In this document: one piece after another, positions 17,326-26,541 of the stretch
Position numbering within the stretch: position 1 is the first letter of the stretch
Layout of the letters: each line of letters starts with the position of its first letter
Virus record (IMG/VR): IMGVR_UViG_3300020450_001133
Direction: 5' to 3' (one strand)
DNA: 64,000 bases
DNA from: a virus
Taxonomy: Duplodnaviria; Caudoviricetes
Notes under the pieces: model-generated
What the model saw: only the letters and a program-made list of their open reading frames with translations
What the model was told of the DNA's origin: nothing
Database searches by the model: none
Program-made: the position numbers and the translations under genes

Positions 17326-18590
17326 CTTTTACCTCTAATTTTTATTTTATAATCTTTATCCGATTTTTCATTACCGTTAGTATAAACGAAAACAGGGTAA
17401 GTGTCAACATCTTTTGTTGGATATTTGTTGAATCTCACCGTTTTGACCCCATTTTCTTTTAGTTTAGGTGCTCTGTACATAATGTTGTGTAAACTGTTTT
17501 CTACTATGGATTTTAATCCTCTAGCACCAGTTTTTGTTTTACTAGCCAGTTTTGATATATCATCTATGTACTCATCATTAAACTCTAATTCTATATCATC
17601 AAACTCTAAAAGTTTTTTAACTTGTGGAATAACACTTGCTTTTGATGATTTTAAAATTGTTTTCATATCGGATTGTGATAATGGTTCTAAAGGTACAATG
17701 TTTGGTAATCTACCAACAAGTTCTGGAATGAGACCATAACTGATTAAATCGTCATGCTCTACTTTGTGTTGCCAATTGTCTTTTTTGGTTGTTGATTTTA
17801 ATTGTTTGTTGAATCCTATGTTCTTTTTGTTTGCCTTAGTGTTTATTTGTTTTTCTAAACCTACAAATGCACCACTACATATAAACAATACATTTGTTGT
17901 ATCAAACTCTACATATTGGTCCATACGTTTTGAACCGTTAGAAGATACTTTAACTACTGTACCTTCAATTAATCTTAGGAGTGCTTGTTGTACACCTTGT
18001 CCACTAATGTCCTTTGTGCCGGTGTTAGACTCGCCCTTACGAGCCTTTTTATCTATTTCATCTATGAATACAATACCTTTTTGTGCTAGTTCTAAGTTCC
18101 AATCGCACATATTAAGTAAACGTTCAAGCATACTTTCAACATCTTCCCCAACATAACCTGCTTCTGTTAATGTTGTAGCATCAGCAATAGCAAAAGGTAC
18201 ACTTAATTTATCTGCAAGTGTCTTTGCTAATAAAGTTTTACCTGTTCCTGTATTACCCAATATAATAATGTTACTTTTTTCTATATCAGTTTCACTATCA
18301 TTGTAAATTGTTTTGTAATGATTGTATGCACATACAGATAATATTTCTTTTGCATACTCTTGGCTAATTACATATTCATCAAGATGTGCTTTGATTTCTT
18401 CTGGAGTTGGGATATCTTCGAAGGATAAGTCTTCTAATGTATCTTCTTCATTGATAATTTTATGACTGATGTTAATACATTCGTTACAGATGTAAGAATT
18501 AGGACCTGCTATTAACTTTTTTACTTCAGTTCGCTTTTTACCACAAAAACTACAACTTAGATTTTGTTCGTTGTCTCTATCACCGGGCAT
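17322..18590 (-). CDS. clpX: ATP-dependent unfoldase ClpX
   Basis: CSFC..CNEC Zn domain, GNTGTGKT, EAGYVGEDVE, FIDEIDK, GVQQALL, IGF loop, TGARGL. Confidence 0.95.
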   Translation of the reverse strand: MPGDRDNEQNLSCSFCGKKRTEVKKLIAGPNSYICNECINISHKIINEEDTLEDLSFEDIPTPEEIKAHLDEYVISQEYAKEILSVCAYNHYKTIYNDSETDIEKSNIIILGNTGTGKTLLAKTLADKLSVPFAIADATTLTEAGYVGEDVESMLERLLNMCDWNLELAQKGIVFIDEIDKKARKGESNTGTKDISGQGVQQALLRLIEGTVVKVSSNGSKRMDQYVEFDTTNVLFICSGAFVGLEKQINTKANKKNIGFNKQLKSTTKKDNWQHKVEHDDLISYGLIPELVGRLPNIVPLEPLSQSDMKTILKSSKASVIPQVKKLLEFDDIELEFNDEYIDDISKLASKTKTGARGLKSIVENSLHNIMYRAPKLKENGVKTVRFNKYPTKDVDTYPVFVYTNGNEKSDKDYKIKIRGKS

Positions 18591-19426
18591 TATTTCCTCG
18601 TAACATAATTTGTATCTGTTGTGTCATCATCTGTGTCGTTTGGTAATGGTACTGCCCAAAAGCCTCCCAACTGTTTATTTACATCTTCTTCGCTTAATTC
18701 CTGTAACATCTTGAGTATTTCATCAGTGGATAAATCATTTACATTCATTTCACTATTTGCTATTAATGTTGCCGCAGTTCTAAGGTCTCCTGTGTTAGGC
18801 AATTCTACTCTTACTGCACGTCTAGGACCTTCAACAATCTTTTCTTTAACCGGTCTCTGTTCTAATTTGTTTTCTAACTCTGCAACTAAGGCTGTGAGTC
18901 TATCTATTTCTCTATTGTCAGTTCTTACAACAACTCTTTCAGGACCTTGTATAAGTTTTTCTACAACTTTTTCTACGGGTACTTCTACCTTTACTTCTTT
19001 TTCAACAATTTTTTCTACAATCTTTTCAACAGGTACTTCTACTTTTATTTCTTTTTCAACTATTTTTTCAACAGGTACTTCTACTTCTTTGATAACTTCA
19101 ACTTCTTTGATTACTTCTACTGGAACTTCTTTGATTACTTCGACGGGAACTTCGACGACTCGTTCTGGTCCTGGCACTTCGACGATTCGTTCTGGTCCTG
19201 GGACCTCTTTTTCGATAGTGACCAACTTCTCCTCTGGGACAAGGATCTCCTTCTCAACTGTGACAACCTTTTCGACCTCAACTTGCACTTCCTTAGGCTT
19301 TTTAGCCAGTTCGTTTTCTAAATGTTCTATTTGATCCAAAGCATCATCTAACATTCCTAATGTGTTAGCATACTTTGTATTTAATACATTTATTGCTTCT
19401 TTAACTGTTATCTTCTTTTTTGCCAT
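18590..19426 (-). CDS. Repeat protein with VEVP/EKIVE tandem repeats
   Basis: ~110 aa of (V/I)EK(I/V)VE, EVPVE and VPGPER repeats. Confidence 0.7.
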   Translation of the reverse strand: MAKKKITVKEAINVLNTKYANTLGMLDDALDQIEHLENELAKKPKEVQVEVEKVVTVEKEILVPEEKLVTIEKEVPGPERIVEVPGPERVVEVPVEVIKEVPVEVIKEVEVIKEVEVPVEKIVEKEIKVEVPVEKIVEKIVEKEVKVEVPVEKVVEKLIQGPERVVVRTDNREIDRLTALVAELENKLEQRPVKEKIVEGPRRAVRVELPNTGDLRTAATLIANSEMNVNDLSTDEILKMLQELSEEDVNKQLGGFWAVPLPNDTDDDTTDTNYVTRK

Positions 19427-20816
19427 CTTTTTTAAGTTTCTTTTCTAGTCGTTTTTCTAATTCTTTAATAGCAGGTGGTGTGCTTAAATCTATTTCTGCT
19501 TCTACTTCTTTTTCAACAACAACTTCTTTTTCCACTTCCTTAATGACTTCTACTGGTACTTCTTTGATAACTTCTTTTTCTACAATCATAGGTGCAGGTT
19601 GTTTATAACCTGACATGACATCTGCCGCATCATCTACTGCACTTGGTGGACTAGGTTGTCTTGGTAAATCTGGAGAAGTTTCTTCTTTTAATTGGTCTCG
19701 CAAATCAGGTCCTGTTTTTTCCAAGTTAATACCATAACGTAATAATGTTTGGTTGGCGGCTATAATTAATACAACTGCTAATGGATCGAATACAAACACT
19801 AGCATTAATATAAACAGTCTTACTGCTTGGTCCAAATAACTTTCAGTATCTTCGCCATATATTAGTTGTGCAACATACTTAATAGGACCTACTTCTTTTT
19901 CTAAGTTTCTTACAATACTTTCTGCTTCAAACTTTTCATCTTTTAATATCACAATGTTGTCATATATTTCATCAATTTGTGTATTGTAATCATCTATCTT
20001 AATGATATTTTCATCTTGTTGACTGCTGTTTTGATTTCTTAATCTGTTTATTTCGACGTTAGCATCGTCTATTGTTTTTTGGGCCTGTTCTCTATACTTG
20101 TCAATGTTGTCTTGTTGAACTTGTATATCTACTCTAATTTGGTCACGTTGTTCTTTTTGTTGTGCAAATAATTCATTTGCCTGTGCTACATAATCAATCT
20201 TTTCAGTTTCTGCTTGTCTAAAAGCACCACCTTCATCTAGTGTTACAACTTCAACACCTTTTTCTCTAAGGTCATTTACTGCTTTGTCTAATACTGCTAG
20301 TTGGTCTCTTAATCTATCTATTTGACCATTTGCATAATCTATATCACCTTGAACTCTTGCCCAAGCACCATCTCTTATTTCTTCTTGTTGTCTTATGCTT
20401 TCGGAAACATCTATACTACCACCTACTCCTAATATCCTATCTTCAAGTAGTGCAATTTTGTTTTCTTCTCTTTCTATTTGTCCATCTATTCTTTCTACTT
20501 TAGCAAAAGCATCGCCTGTTTCACCTGCTTGGTCTAAGTGTGCTTTAGATAGATAACCAAAAATACCCATGCTTGTGATTAACATTAAAACAACCACGGC
20601 TATGGACAAGTATGTTTTTAATAGTAATGAAGTTTCATGCCAGTATCTATACAACCAACTTGCAGTAAGTAACTTACCAACTTCAAGTGTTCCAGCCATA
20701 ATTGCAATAGGAAGTGCTGAGGCACTGAAAATTGCCATAAGTCCTTCAATGGAAAACCATGCCGCAACTCCGGCTATGGCTAAGGCTGTTATTAATGTAA
20801 AGATACCGAATAGCAT
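19401..20816 (-). CDS. Membrane-anchored coiled-coil phage protein
   Basis: N-terminal TMs (LEVGKL, SMGIFGYLSKAH), long coiled coil, VGPIKY, FVFDPLAV, EVPVE repeats. Confidence 0.7.
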   Translation of the reverse strand: MLFGIFTLITALAIAGVAAWFSIEGLMAIFSASALPIAIMAGTLEVGKLLTASWLYRYWHETSLLLKTYLSIAVVVLMLITSMGIFGYLSKAHLDQAGETGDAFAKVERIDGQIEREENKIALLEDRILGVGGSIDVSESIRQQEEIRDGAWARVQGDIDYANGQIDRLRDQLAVLDKAVNDLREKGVEVVTLDEGGAFRQAETEKIDYVAQANELFAQQKEQRDQIRVDIQVQQDNIDKYREQAQKTIDDANVEINRLRNQNSSQQDENIIKIDDYNTQIDEIYDNIVILKDEKFEAESIVRNLEKEVGPIKYVAQLIYGEDTESYLDQAVRLFILMLVFVFDPLAVVLIIAANQTLLRYGINLEKTGPDLRDQLKEETSPDLPRQPSPPSAVDDAADVMSGYKQPAPMIVEKEVIKEVPVEVIKEVEKEVVVEKEVEAEIDLSTPPAIKELEKRLEKKLKKDGKKEDNS

Positions 20817-20821
20817 ACCAA

Positions 20822-20829
20822 TATTTATC
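20822..20829 (-). promoter_or_regulatory. Late-type promoter GATAAATA
   Basis: GATAAATA 5 nt before the ATG at 20816; the motif recurs before many genes. Confidence 0.6.
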
Positions 20830-20887
20830 GTATTTTTGCAACCAATTAAACAATACTGATTACATAAACTATCCTGTTAATGCATAA

Positions 20888-20908
20888 AACCCCCATAACT
20901 AGGGGGTT
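20888..20908 (-). terminator. Hairpin terminator downstream of queD
   Basis: AACCCCC/GGGGGTT stem, T-rich 3' side. Confidence 0.6.
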
Positions 20909-20930
20909 CTATTGTGTTTTAATTTAATTT

Positions 20931-21404
20931 TTAAACGATTTTTTGATGGTCGTTACGTTCTACAGTTGCAGAGTTATGTTCATGTTCTCTGACTGTAACT
21001 TCTTGTACCCAACATCTGCCATCAGTTAAATCATCAACCAAGTCTTGTGCAAAGTCAAATACCTGTTCAGCAAAACGTTCGCAACCAACTGCTGGAACAA
21101 GTCTCATGTCAATAAGATTCTTTTCTTGTAACATTTTAATTGTTTCCAACTCTGGATCATCTTCTGCAACTAGATATGTGTGGTCAAACATATATTTTAA
21201 CCATTCTTTGAGTGGCTTTAATCCACCAAAGTCTACTATCCAATTTCTTTCATCTAATTCACCACCGAACTTCAATTCAAATTGTAGTGCATATCCGTGA
21301 ATTAAATTGCAATGGCTATCTGCTCGCCATTGTCTAAAGGCGCAACTGTGTCCTGTTGCATGACTATAAGTCTTTCCACTGTAAAATCTTTTCTTTACTG
21401 CCAT
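20931..21404 (-). CDS. queD: 6-carboxytetrahydropterin synthase QueD / PTPS
   Basis: HSCAFRQW..SHCNLIHGY, WIVDFGGLK, FDHT, CERFAE, EHEHNSA. Confidence 0.88.
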   Translation of the reverse strand: MAVKKRFYSGKTYSHATGHSCAFRQWRADSHCNLIHGYALQFELKFGGELDERNWIVDFGGLKPLKEWLKYMFDHTYLVAEDDPELETIKMLQEKNLIDMRLVPAVGCERFAEQVFDFAQDLVDDLTDGRCWVQEVTVREHEHNSATVERNDHQKIV

Positions 21405-21697
21405 TATAATGTCTCTATCTTTGATGTTTGTTTTGTATAGCCTTTACTTATTTCATCATTAGTCTTAGCCATACTTAAAATATGTTCCATCTTGATAGTT
21501 ACTGTGGATTCTGGATTGACTGTCATCATGTATGGCATAAGTCCGAAGCCTTCTGCACTTCTACCTACAATTAAAGGCGTGTCGAGTTCAACATAACCGT
21601 CATCTCTTTTATCTTTCTTTAGTCTTGCAACTAATTCTTCGCCTGTTGTAAGTCTGCAACTAACAACTTCATTCTCTTTAATAACTTCAATAAGCAT
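21404..21697 (-). CDS. Sm-like small phage protein
   Basis: VSCRLTTGEELVARL...GLMPYM pattern. Confidence 0.55.
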   Translation of the reverse strand: MLIEVIKENEVVSCRLTTGEELVARLKKDKRDDGYVELDTPLIVGRSAEGFGLMPYMMTVNPESTVTIKMEHILSMAKTNDEISKGYTKQTSKIETL

Positions 21698-21718
21698 ACT
21701 TCTATCCTGTAAAATTGT

Positions 21719-21746
21719 ATTATACAGAATAGTTATGAAATGTCAA
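21719..21746 (-). promoter_or_regulatory. sigma70-type promoter
   Basis: TTGACA-16-TATAAT. Confidence 0.75.
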
Positions 21747-21754
21747 CCTATTTT

Positions 21755-22213
21755 TTATTGAATTCCGGCTTCTTCTAAAGTGACGTCAACTAACCCTTCT
21801 CTGATTAGTTTTTTACGGTTTGCCATATGCTTGTCTTGGATTTCTTCCTTACTGCCTCCGAAGTATGCAACTGCATGTCCTTCTTCTACAAGTATATCAG
21901 TAACCATTCTGCCATCTTCAGTAACAAAGTCACCTAAGATACGTCCAAACTTACCTCGCATATCTTCGCCTTTTTTATTAATCTGTGTTTTGAGAATTGG
22001 TCCGGATCTACCACCGATAAGTTCTTTCAACCTTGCCTTACTAGCCAAGCCAAATTTCTTTTCAACTTTATCTCTGGTTCTACTTTCTGGTGTGTCAATA
22101 CCCATAATACGAACTCTTTCGTCTCTGAGCATGATATCAAAACCTAAATCAATGTCCACGTCAACCGTGTCGCCATCAATCACTCTGATGACTTTACATC
22201 TGTATTCGTACAT
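21755..22213 (-). CDS. Thermonuclease (SNase-like)
   Basis: RVIDGDTVDVDIDLGF, RVRIMGIDTPESR, KFGRILG. Confidence 0.9.
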   Translation of the reverse strand: MYEYRCKVIRVIDGDTVDVDIDLGFDIMLRDERVRIMGIDTPESRTRDKVEKKFGLASKARLKELIGGRSGPILKTQINKKGEDMRGKFGRILGDFVTEDGRMVTDILVEEGHAVAYFGGSKEEIQDKHMANRKKLIREGLVDVTLEEAGIQ

Positions 22214-22260
22214 AATTACTCCTGTGTTTCCTACAAGAGTATTTATCTTAAAATACTGTT

Positions 22261-22806
22261 TTAATCGTTTCTAATTAAGAAAGTATGATTGCTTAAAATA
22301 GCAACAACTGGATATACTTGACCCCAACTAGGTTGACTGATATTGTGATTATAATAATGTGTTGCACCACTTGTTGGATCTATAGTCACACCATACATTG
22401 CCAATAAAGAAACTTGAACACTTTGTTTCCAGGCTTCCATATTAGGACCAATTGGTTTTCCAGCATTAATCTTTTCATACACTATCTGAATATTATCTGA
22501 TTTGCCATCACAATACCAACTGAATTGACACATACCTATAATAGGTACTTCGTATCCTCTCCAATTAGTTCTATACTTTGCTTGTTTTGTAACACCACAG
22601 ATAGTGCTAGGATATTTTTTATGTGCAACTCTGTTAAGAGTAACATGAGCAACTGCTGATTTACCTGCTAGGTTTTCACCTTTTGCTTCGTGGTAAACAT
22701 TCTGTGCTAAACAAAATGCTTCTTCTCTATCAATAAGAACGTCAGTAGCATTGTAGGGTGCATAACTTAACATCATAGATGTTAATACTGCTAATAAAGT
22801 TTCCAT
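22261..22806 (-). CDS. Cell-wall hydrolase SleB family
   Basis: CLAQNVYHEAKGE, VTLNRV, CQFSWYCDGK, GATHYY, HTF. Confidence 0.9.
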   Translation of the reverse strand: METLLAVLTSMMLSYAPYNATDVLIDREEAFCLAQNVYHEAKGENLAGKSAVAHVTLNRVAHKKYPSTICGVTKQAKYRTNWRGYEVPIIGMCQFSWYCDGKSDNIQIVYEKINAGKPIGPNMEAWKQSVQVSLLAMYGVTIDPTSGATHYYNHNISQPSWGQVYPVVAILSNHTFLIRND

Positions 22807-22831
22807 ACTCCCCTTCTCCCTTTATTTTTTG

Positions 22832-23212
22832 TTAGGCAACATTCCTTACAACATGAGCATCATGGTCATGTTCAATAAAACTACCATCTGGATTTCTACC
22901 AGGTGATGTTGAAGCATGGATAACATTATCAAATGTTCTAATGTCATATCCAGTTCTATGTAGTATGCTGTCAACAATTCTTTGTCTCATCAACTTCATG
23001 AAAGGAACATTAATATTTACAGGGTTATCTGAACCTTCTGGATGATTAACATTTTCTTCGTGATTATACCACATTGATTCTAAACCTGTAAGTTGAATCG
23101 TAACACCTGGTTCATCAGTATTGTCATTAGAACAACTAACTGTATTAATCCAGTATCCATTTACAGATGTAATTTTATCTTTGCTTTGGTTTGTTGTGTA
23201 AATACTATTCAA
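22832..23212 (-). CDS. Hypothetical protein
   Basis: 126 aa; AGGAG SD. Confidence 0.55.
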   Translation of the reverse strand: MNSIYTTNQSKDKITSVNGYWINTVSCSNDNTDEPGVTIQLTGLESMWYNHEENVNHPEGSDNPVNINVPFMKLMRQRIVDSILHRTGYDIRTFDNVIHASTSPGRNPDGSFIEHDHDAHVVRNVA

Positions 23213-23313
23213 TTTTGCTCCCTTTCTTATTTAAAATATACATATATTATACTAAAATTAAGGTGGTATGTCAAGTATTTTGTGCCAGTTTTTTTGGCGT
23301 ATTTTGAACTTAT

Positions 23314-23667
23314 TTAATCGATTTGTTTGGCTGGTATTCTACTCACTTTACTCCAATTTTCATCGTCAGTATAACTAGCCGCCTCTTCGTATGTGGGTAA
23401 TGGATCTTTTACTTTTGTGATTACGGGCCAAGTTTTGCTCATTTCTGTATTAAAATCTAGCCACTGTTGGTCTGATTCTGTTTCAAGTTTTCTATCTGAC
23501 ACAATGGCGTTGACTGGGCATTCAGGTTCACAGATAGCACAATCGATACAAACTTCAGGGTCTATAACTACTGTATTCTCTCCTTCATGAAAACAATCAA
23601 CAGGGCATACTTGAACGCAGGTTGTATGTTTACAATCTACGCATTCACCCTTTACAACATAAGTCAA
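23314..23667 (-). CDS. fdxA: 7Fe ferredoxin (FdxA-like)
   Basis: CVDCKHTTCVQVCPVDCF...CIDCAICEPECPVNAI; TTG start with AGGAG SD. Confidence 0.9.
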   Translation of the reverse strand: MTYVVKGECVDCKHTTCVQVCPVDCFHEGENTVVIDPEVCIDCAICEPECPVNAIVSDRKLETESDQQWLDFNTEMSKTWPVITKVKDPLPTYEEAASYTDDENWSKVSRIPAKQID

Positions 23668-23748
23668 ACTAAAACTCCTCTTAACACCAATATTTACTCA
23701 AAATACACCATTTCTACATACTTTTCCAGCAAATGGTTAAATATTAGC

Positions 23749-23844
23749 AACTGATTGGTATTGAACCAGTTGACAACATAAAGTATTTCACCGCTCATTA
23801 AGATGTGATAGATAGGAAAGGAACTCGGTGTTCCCCAATCAGTC
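23749..23844 (-). ncRNA. Candidate structured leader RNA upstream of fdxA
   Basis: 10-bp closing helix GACTGATTGG/CCAATCAGTT enclosing GGAAC-ACCGA-GTTCC and TCAC/GTGA stems. Confidence 0.35.
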
Positions 23845-23869
23845 AACACAAAAAGACTCCGGAGTCAAT

Positions 23870-24925
23870 TTATGTGTTTAGATATTGCAGGTATAGTTGT
23901 TCACTAGCAAGGTTTTTAGCCTTTGCTTCGCATTGAATGTCAAAATTATCAAAGAAACTCAGTGCCCATTCATTAACTTTTTCGTTAGGGTAAAAATCTG
24001 AGTGTGCTCTAAGTTTTTGTTTTTTGCAACCTAAATCCAGTAAGGTTGAAAAGTCATGCATTGTTGTATGTCTACTTCCTGATTCAAACAAGGATGGTTC
24101 AGGTAACCATTCATCCCTGCTATAACTATAATGTAGAGTAGGCCTAACACCACGCCAACTATCAATGACCCTTTTAACACGGTCGTCATCCGCTTGTATA
24201 TATTCTTCATCTCTAATCCAATGGTGATGTATGTCCAACACCAGTGCTAAATGTTTCTCCAATTTTAATGATTCATCAAGTCCGTGACACATTTCATCAT
24301 TCTCGATTGCAATAGTGTTACGAGCCTCGGGTGATAACTTAGGTAGTATATTTATAATACCTTCTGCTCCTTGGCGTCCAGATATGTGTATATTGAGTTT
24401 CATATCCATAAACTCTTGTCCATATCCCATCCAACGTGCCATGCTGGCATGATATTCGAATTCGTCTATACTACGTTCTACTACATCAGGCTTATCACTA
24501 GCAAGGACACAAAACTGCCCAGGATGAAAACTAATACGCACATCCAAATCTTTTGCAAGTTGTCCAACCTTGGCAAATCCATCTTCGAGTATTCGTTGAT
24601 TGTCAGCATCATCCCAAAGATAACGCCAAGTAGGCTCAGTAGCCATAGGTATTTGATTACTTCCAAGTCTTACCATCCTCCGTTCTGCTGGTAAAGTTGT
24701 ACCTACCCATTCAACAAGATTGTAGGCACTTTGCATATTGTGAGTGACCAAATCCAGCATTCTTTCTTCAGCCACATGTTTTTCCTGTCTGTTACACCAT
24801 GCAACTGTTGTAACTTTCTCAGTATAATTTTGTTGTATTTCTTTTAGTATCTTGGGTTTTTGACTCTGGTCAGGATCAAGATACTTACAACAAAAACCAA
24901 TTCTCTTTACAGTAGAATCAAACAT
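23870..24925 (-). CDS. uvsE: UV-damage endonuclease UvsE
   Basis: RIGFCCKY, RMVRLGS, RISFHPGQF, IAIENDE, LVLDIHHHW, EAKAKNLA. Confidence 0.9.
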   Translation of the reverse strand: MFDSTVKRIGFCCKYLDPDQSQKPKILKEIQQNYTEKVTTVAWCNRQEKHVAEERMLDLVTHNMQSAYNLVEWVGTTLPAERRMVRLGSNQIPMATEPTWRYLWDDADNQRILEDGFAKVGQLAKDLDVRISFHPGQFCVLASDKPDVVERSIDEFEYHASMARWMGYGQEFMDMKLNIHISGRQGAEGIINILPKLSPEARNTIAIENDEMCHGLDESLKLEKHLALVLDIHHHWIRDEEYIQADDDRVKRVIDSWRGVRPTLHYSYSRDEWLPEPSLFESGSRHTTMHDFSTLLDLGCKKQKLRAHSDFYPNEKVNEWALSFFDNFDIQCEAKAKNLASEQLYLQYLNT

Positions 24926-24931
24926 GCTGAT

Positions 24932-24960
24932 ATTATATTATATAAAGTAGTCAATGTCAA
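24932..24960 (-). promoter_or_regulatory. sigma70-type promoter of uvsE (leaderless predicted)
   Basis: TTGACA-17-TATAAT; ATG 6 nt after the -10. Confidence 0.78.
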
Positions 24961-24968
24961 CTGATTTC

Positions 24969-24976
24969 GATAAATA
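24969..24976 (+). promoter_or_regulatory. Late-type promoter opening the plus-strand block
   Basis: GATAAATA; similar sites at 25678, 29455 and (AATAAATA) 34215. Confidence 0.6.
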
Positions 24977-25024
24977 TGTACAGTAGTAAACTACATATAA
25001 TCGATTATACAATGGAGTAACCAC

Positions 25025-25612
25025 ATGGCAGACGTAAACAATTTTGGTTTGAAGGGTATTGCAAATCTAGTGCAATTCGGCAAACGCGGATTAAAACTTC
25101 TCACAAACACCACAGATAATGAATTTACATTTACTGACAATGACGGTTCTACTCTTGTTGAAGTTAAGGGTGCAGATGCCACCCAGGCTACTGCATTTTT
25201 TACAAAAGGACAATTTGATAGTGCTACCCAAACAGTTGCACAATATGTTAGTACTGAAGTTCAATATAACTCAGGAACAACAACATTATTTGAGGCACCT
25301 GCAGATTCTATGATATTTAGTATCAGTGTAGATGTAGGAAGTCCTTGGGTAAGTGCTGACGATACCACAACTATAATAGTTGGAGATGATGGTGATACTG
25401 ATAGACACTTTGGTACAGGTGATGCTGATATGACGCAAACATTCCAATTTCAAAGCAGTCATCAACACATATATAGTTCAGCAACTAATGTAAAAGCCAC
25501 TGTTGCGGCAGGTAGTGCCTCCAGTGGAACAGCAGTTATTACAGCAATCGTACTTACTCAAGCAAGTGTTACAAGTAACATTACTAGAGATTACGGTTCA
25601 GTTGCTTCATAG
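25025..25612 (+). CDS. Probable virion structural protein
   Basis: Thr/Ser/Gly-rich beta-type composition; late promoter; GGAG SD. Confidence 0.6.
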   Translation: MADVNNFGLKGIANLVQFGKRGLKLLTNTTDNEFTFTDNDGSTLVEVKGADATQATAFFTKGQFDSATQTVAQYVSTEVQYNSGTTTLFEAPADSMIFSISVDVGSPWVSADDTTTIIVGDDGDTDRHFGTGDADMTQTFQFQSSHQHIYSSATNVKATVAAGSASSGTAVITAIVLTQASVTSNITRDYGSVAS

Positions 25613-25633
25613 TAAGTAGAAACTAATTTAAGA

Positions 25634-25659
25634 GCACACCTTCGGGTGTGCTTTTTTTT
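25634..25659 (+). terminator. Rho-independent terminator
   Basis: GCACACC-TTCG-GGTGTGC + T8. Confidence 0.9.
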
Positions 25660-25693
25660 GGCAAAATTAGAGAAACTGATAAATACACACATA

Positions 25694-26170
25694 ATGTTTA
25701 AAAATTTATTTAAGGATACTAAATTGAATAGAGAAGCAGTATTTGAACAACTAAAAATTGATGAAGGAGTAGTAAATGAAATCTACCTTGACCACCTCGG
25801 CTATCCCACATTTGGAGTCGGTCACCTTATCCTCGAAAGTGACGAGGAACATGGACGGGAAGTTGGAACTCCAGTTACTGAAGAAAGAGTCAGGTCGTGT
25901 TTTGAAAGAGACCTTGACATTGCCATCGGAGAGTGTGAACTATTATACGAAGACGGGGTCTTTGGAAACTTACCAGACGAAGTCCAACAAATCCTGGTTA
26001 ATATGATGTTCAACATGGGGAGAACTAGATTAAGTAAATTTAAAAAAATGCATGCCGCAATACTAGAAGGCAACTGGAAAGAAGCCGCAGTAGAAGGCAG
26101 AGATAGTAGATGGCACAAACAAGTAACCAATCGTGCAGAAAGATTAATGAAAAGATTAGAGGAAGTGTAA
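25694..26170 (+). CDS. T4-type lysozyme (GH24)
   Basis: IDEG..IYLDHLGYPTFGVGHL (E-D-T triad), NMMFNMG, RWHKQVTNRAERL; start reassigned to MFKNLF. Confidence 0.92.
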   Translation: MFKNLFKDTKLNREAVFEQLKIDEGVVNEIYLDHLGYPTFGVGHLILESDEEHGREVGTPVTEERVRSCFERDLDIAIGECELLYEDGVFGNLPDEVQQILVNMMFNMGRTRLSKFKKMHAAILEGNWKEAAVEGRDSRWHKQVTNRAERLMKRLEEV

Positions 26171-26541
26171 TGAAACTTAATGAAGTAATAGTTCAAGAGC
26201 AAACTGAAGAAGAAATAAAAGCAGAATTAAAAAGGCTTGAGCCTATTGCTGATAAGTTTGAATTTGCACAAAGTGAAGCAAGAGATATAACCAAAGCAAT
26301 CAAATATGAAAACACTACTATGGAAATAATGATTGGTCTCAGTGGTCTTGCTGACAAACTTGGAATAGATGAAAGAGAATTAGACTACTATGAAAGTAGA
26401 GTACGTGAAGCAAAAAATCAATTAGAGTCTGCAGTTTATGAGATGGAAGAATTATTTGCTGACAAGTATAGTGATGTAAGAAACAAAATTGATGAACTAG
26501 AAATGGATCTAGAAGATTTAGAATACGAGAGAAACAGATGA
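26170..26541 (+). CDS. Acidic helical late protein
   Basis: MKLNEV start coupled to the lysozyme stop. Confidence 0.6.
   Translation: MKLNEVIVQEQTEEEIKAELKRLEPIADKFEFAQSEARDITKAIKYENTTMEIMIGLSGLADKLGIDERELDYYESRVREAKNQLESAVYEMEELFADKYSDVRNKIDELEMDLEDLEYERNR

Noticed and set aside
23755-23840. yybP-ykoY (Mn) riboswitch resemblance (GGGGAA.., TCAATAC)
   Set aside because: It lacks the GGGGAGUA loop and the matching 3' motif; the similarity is too short to support a call.
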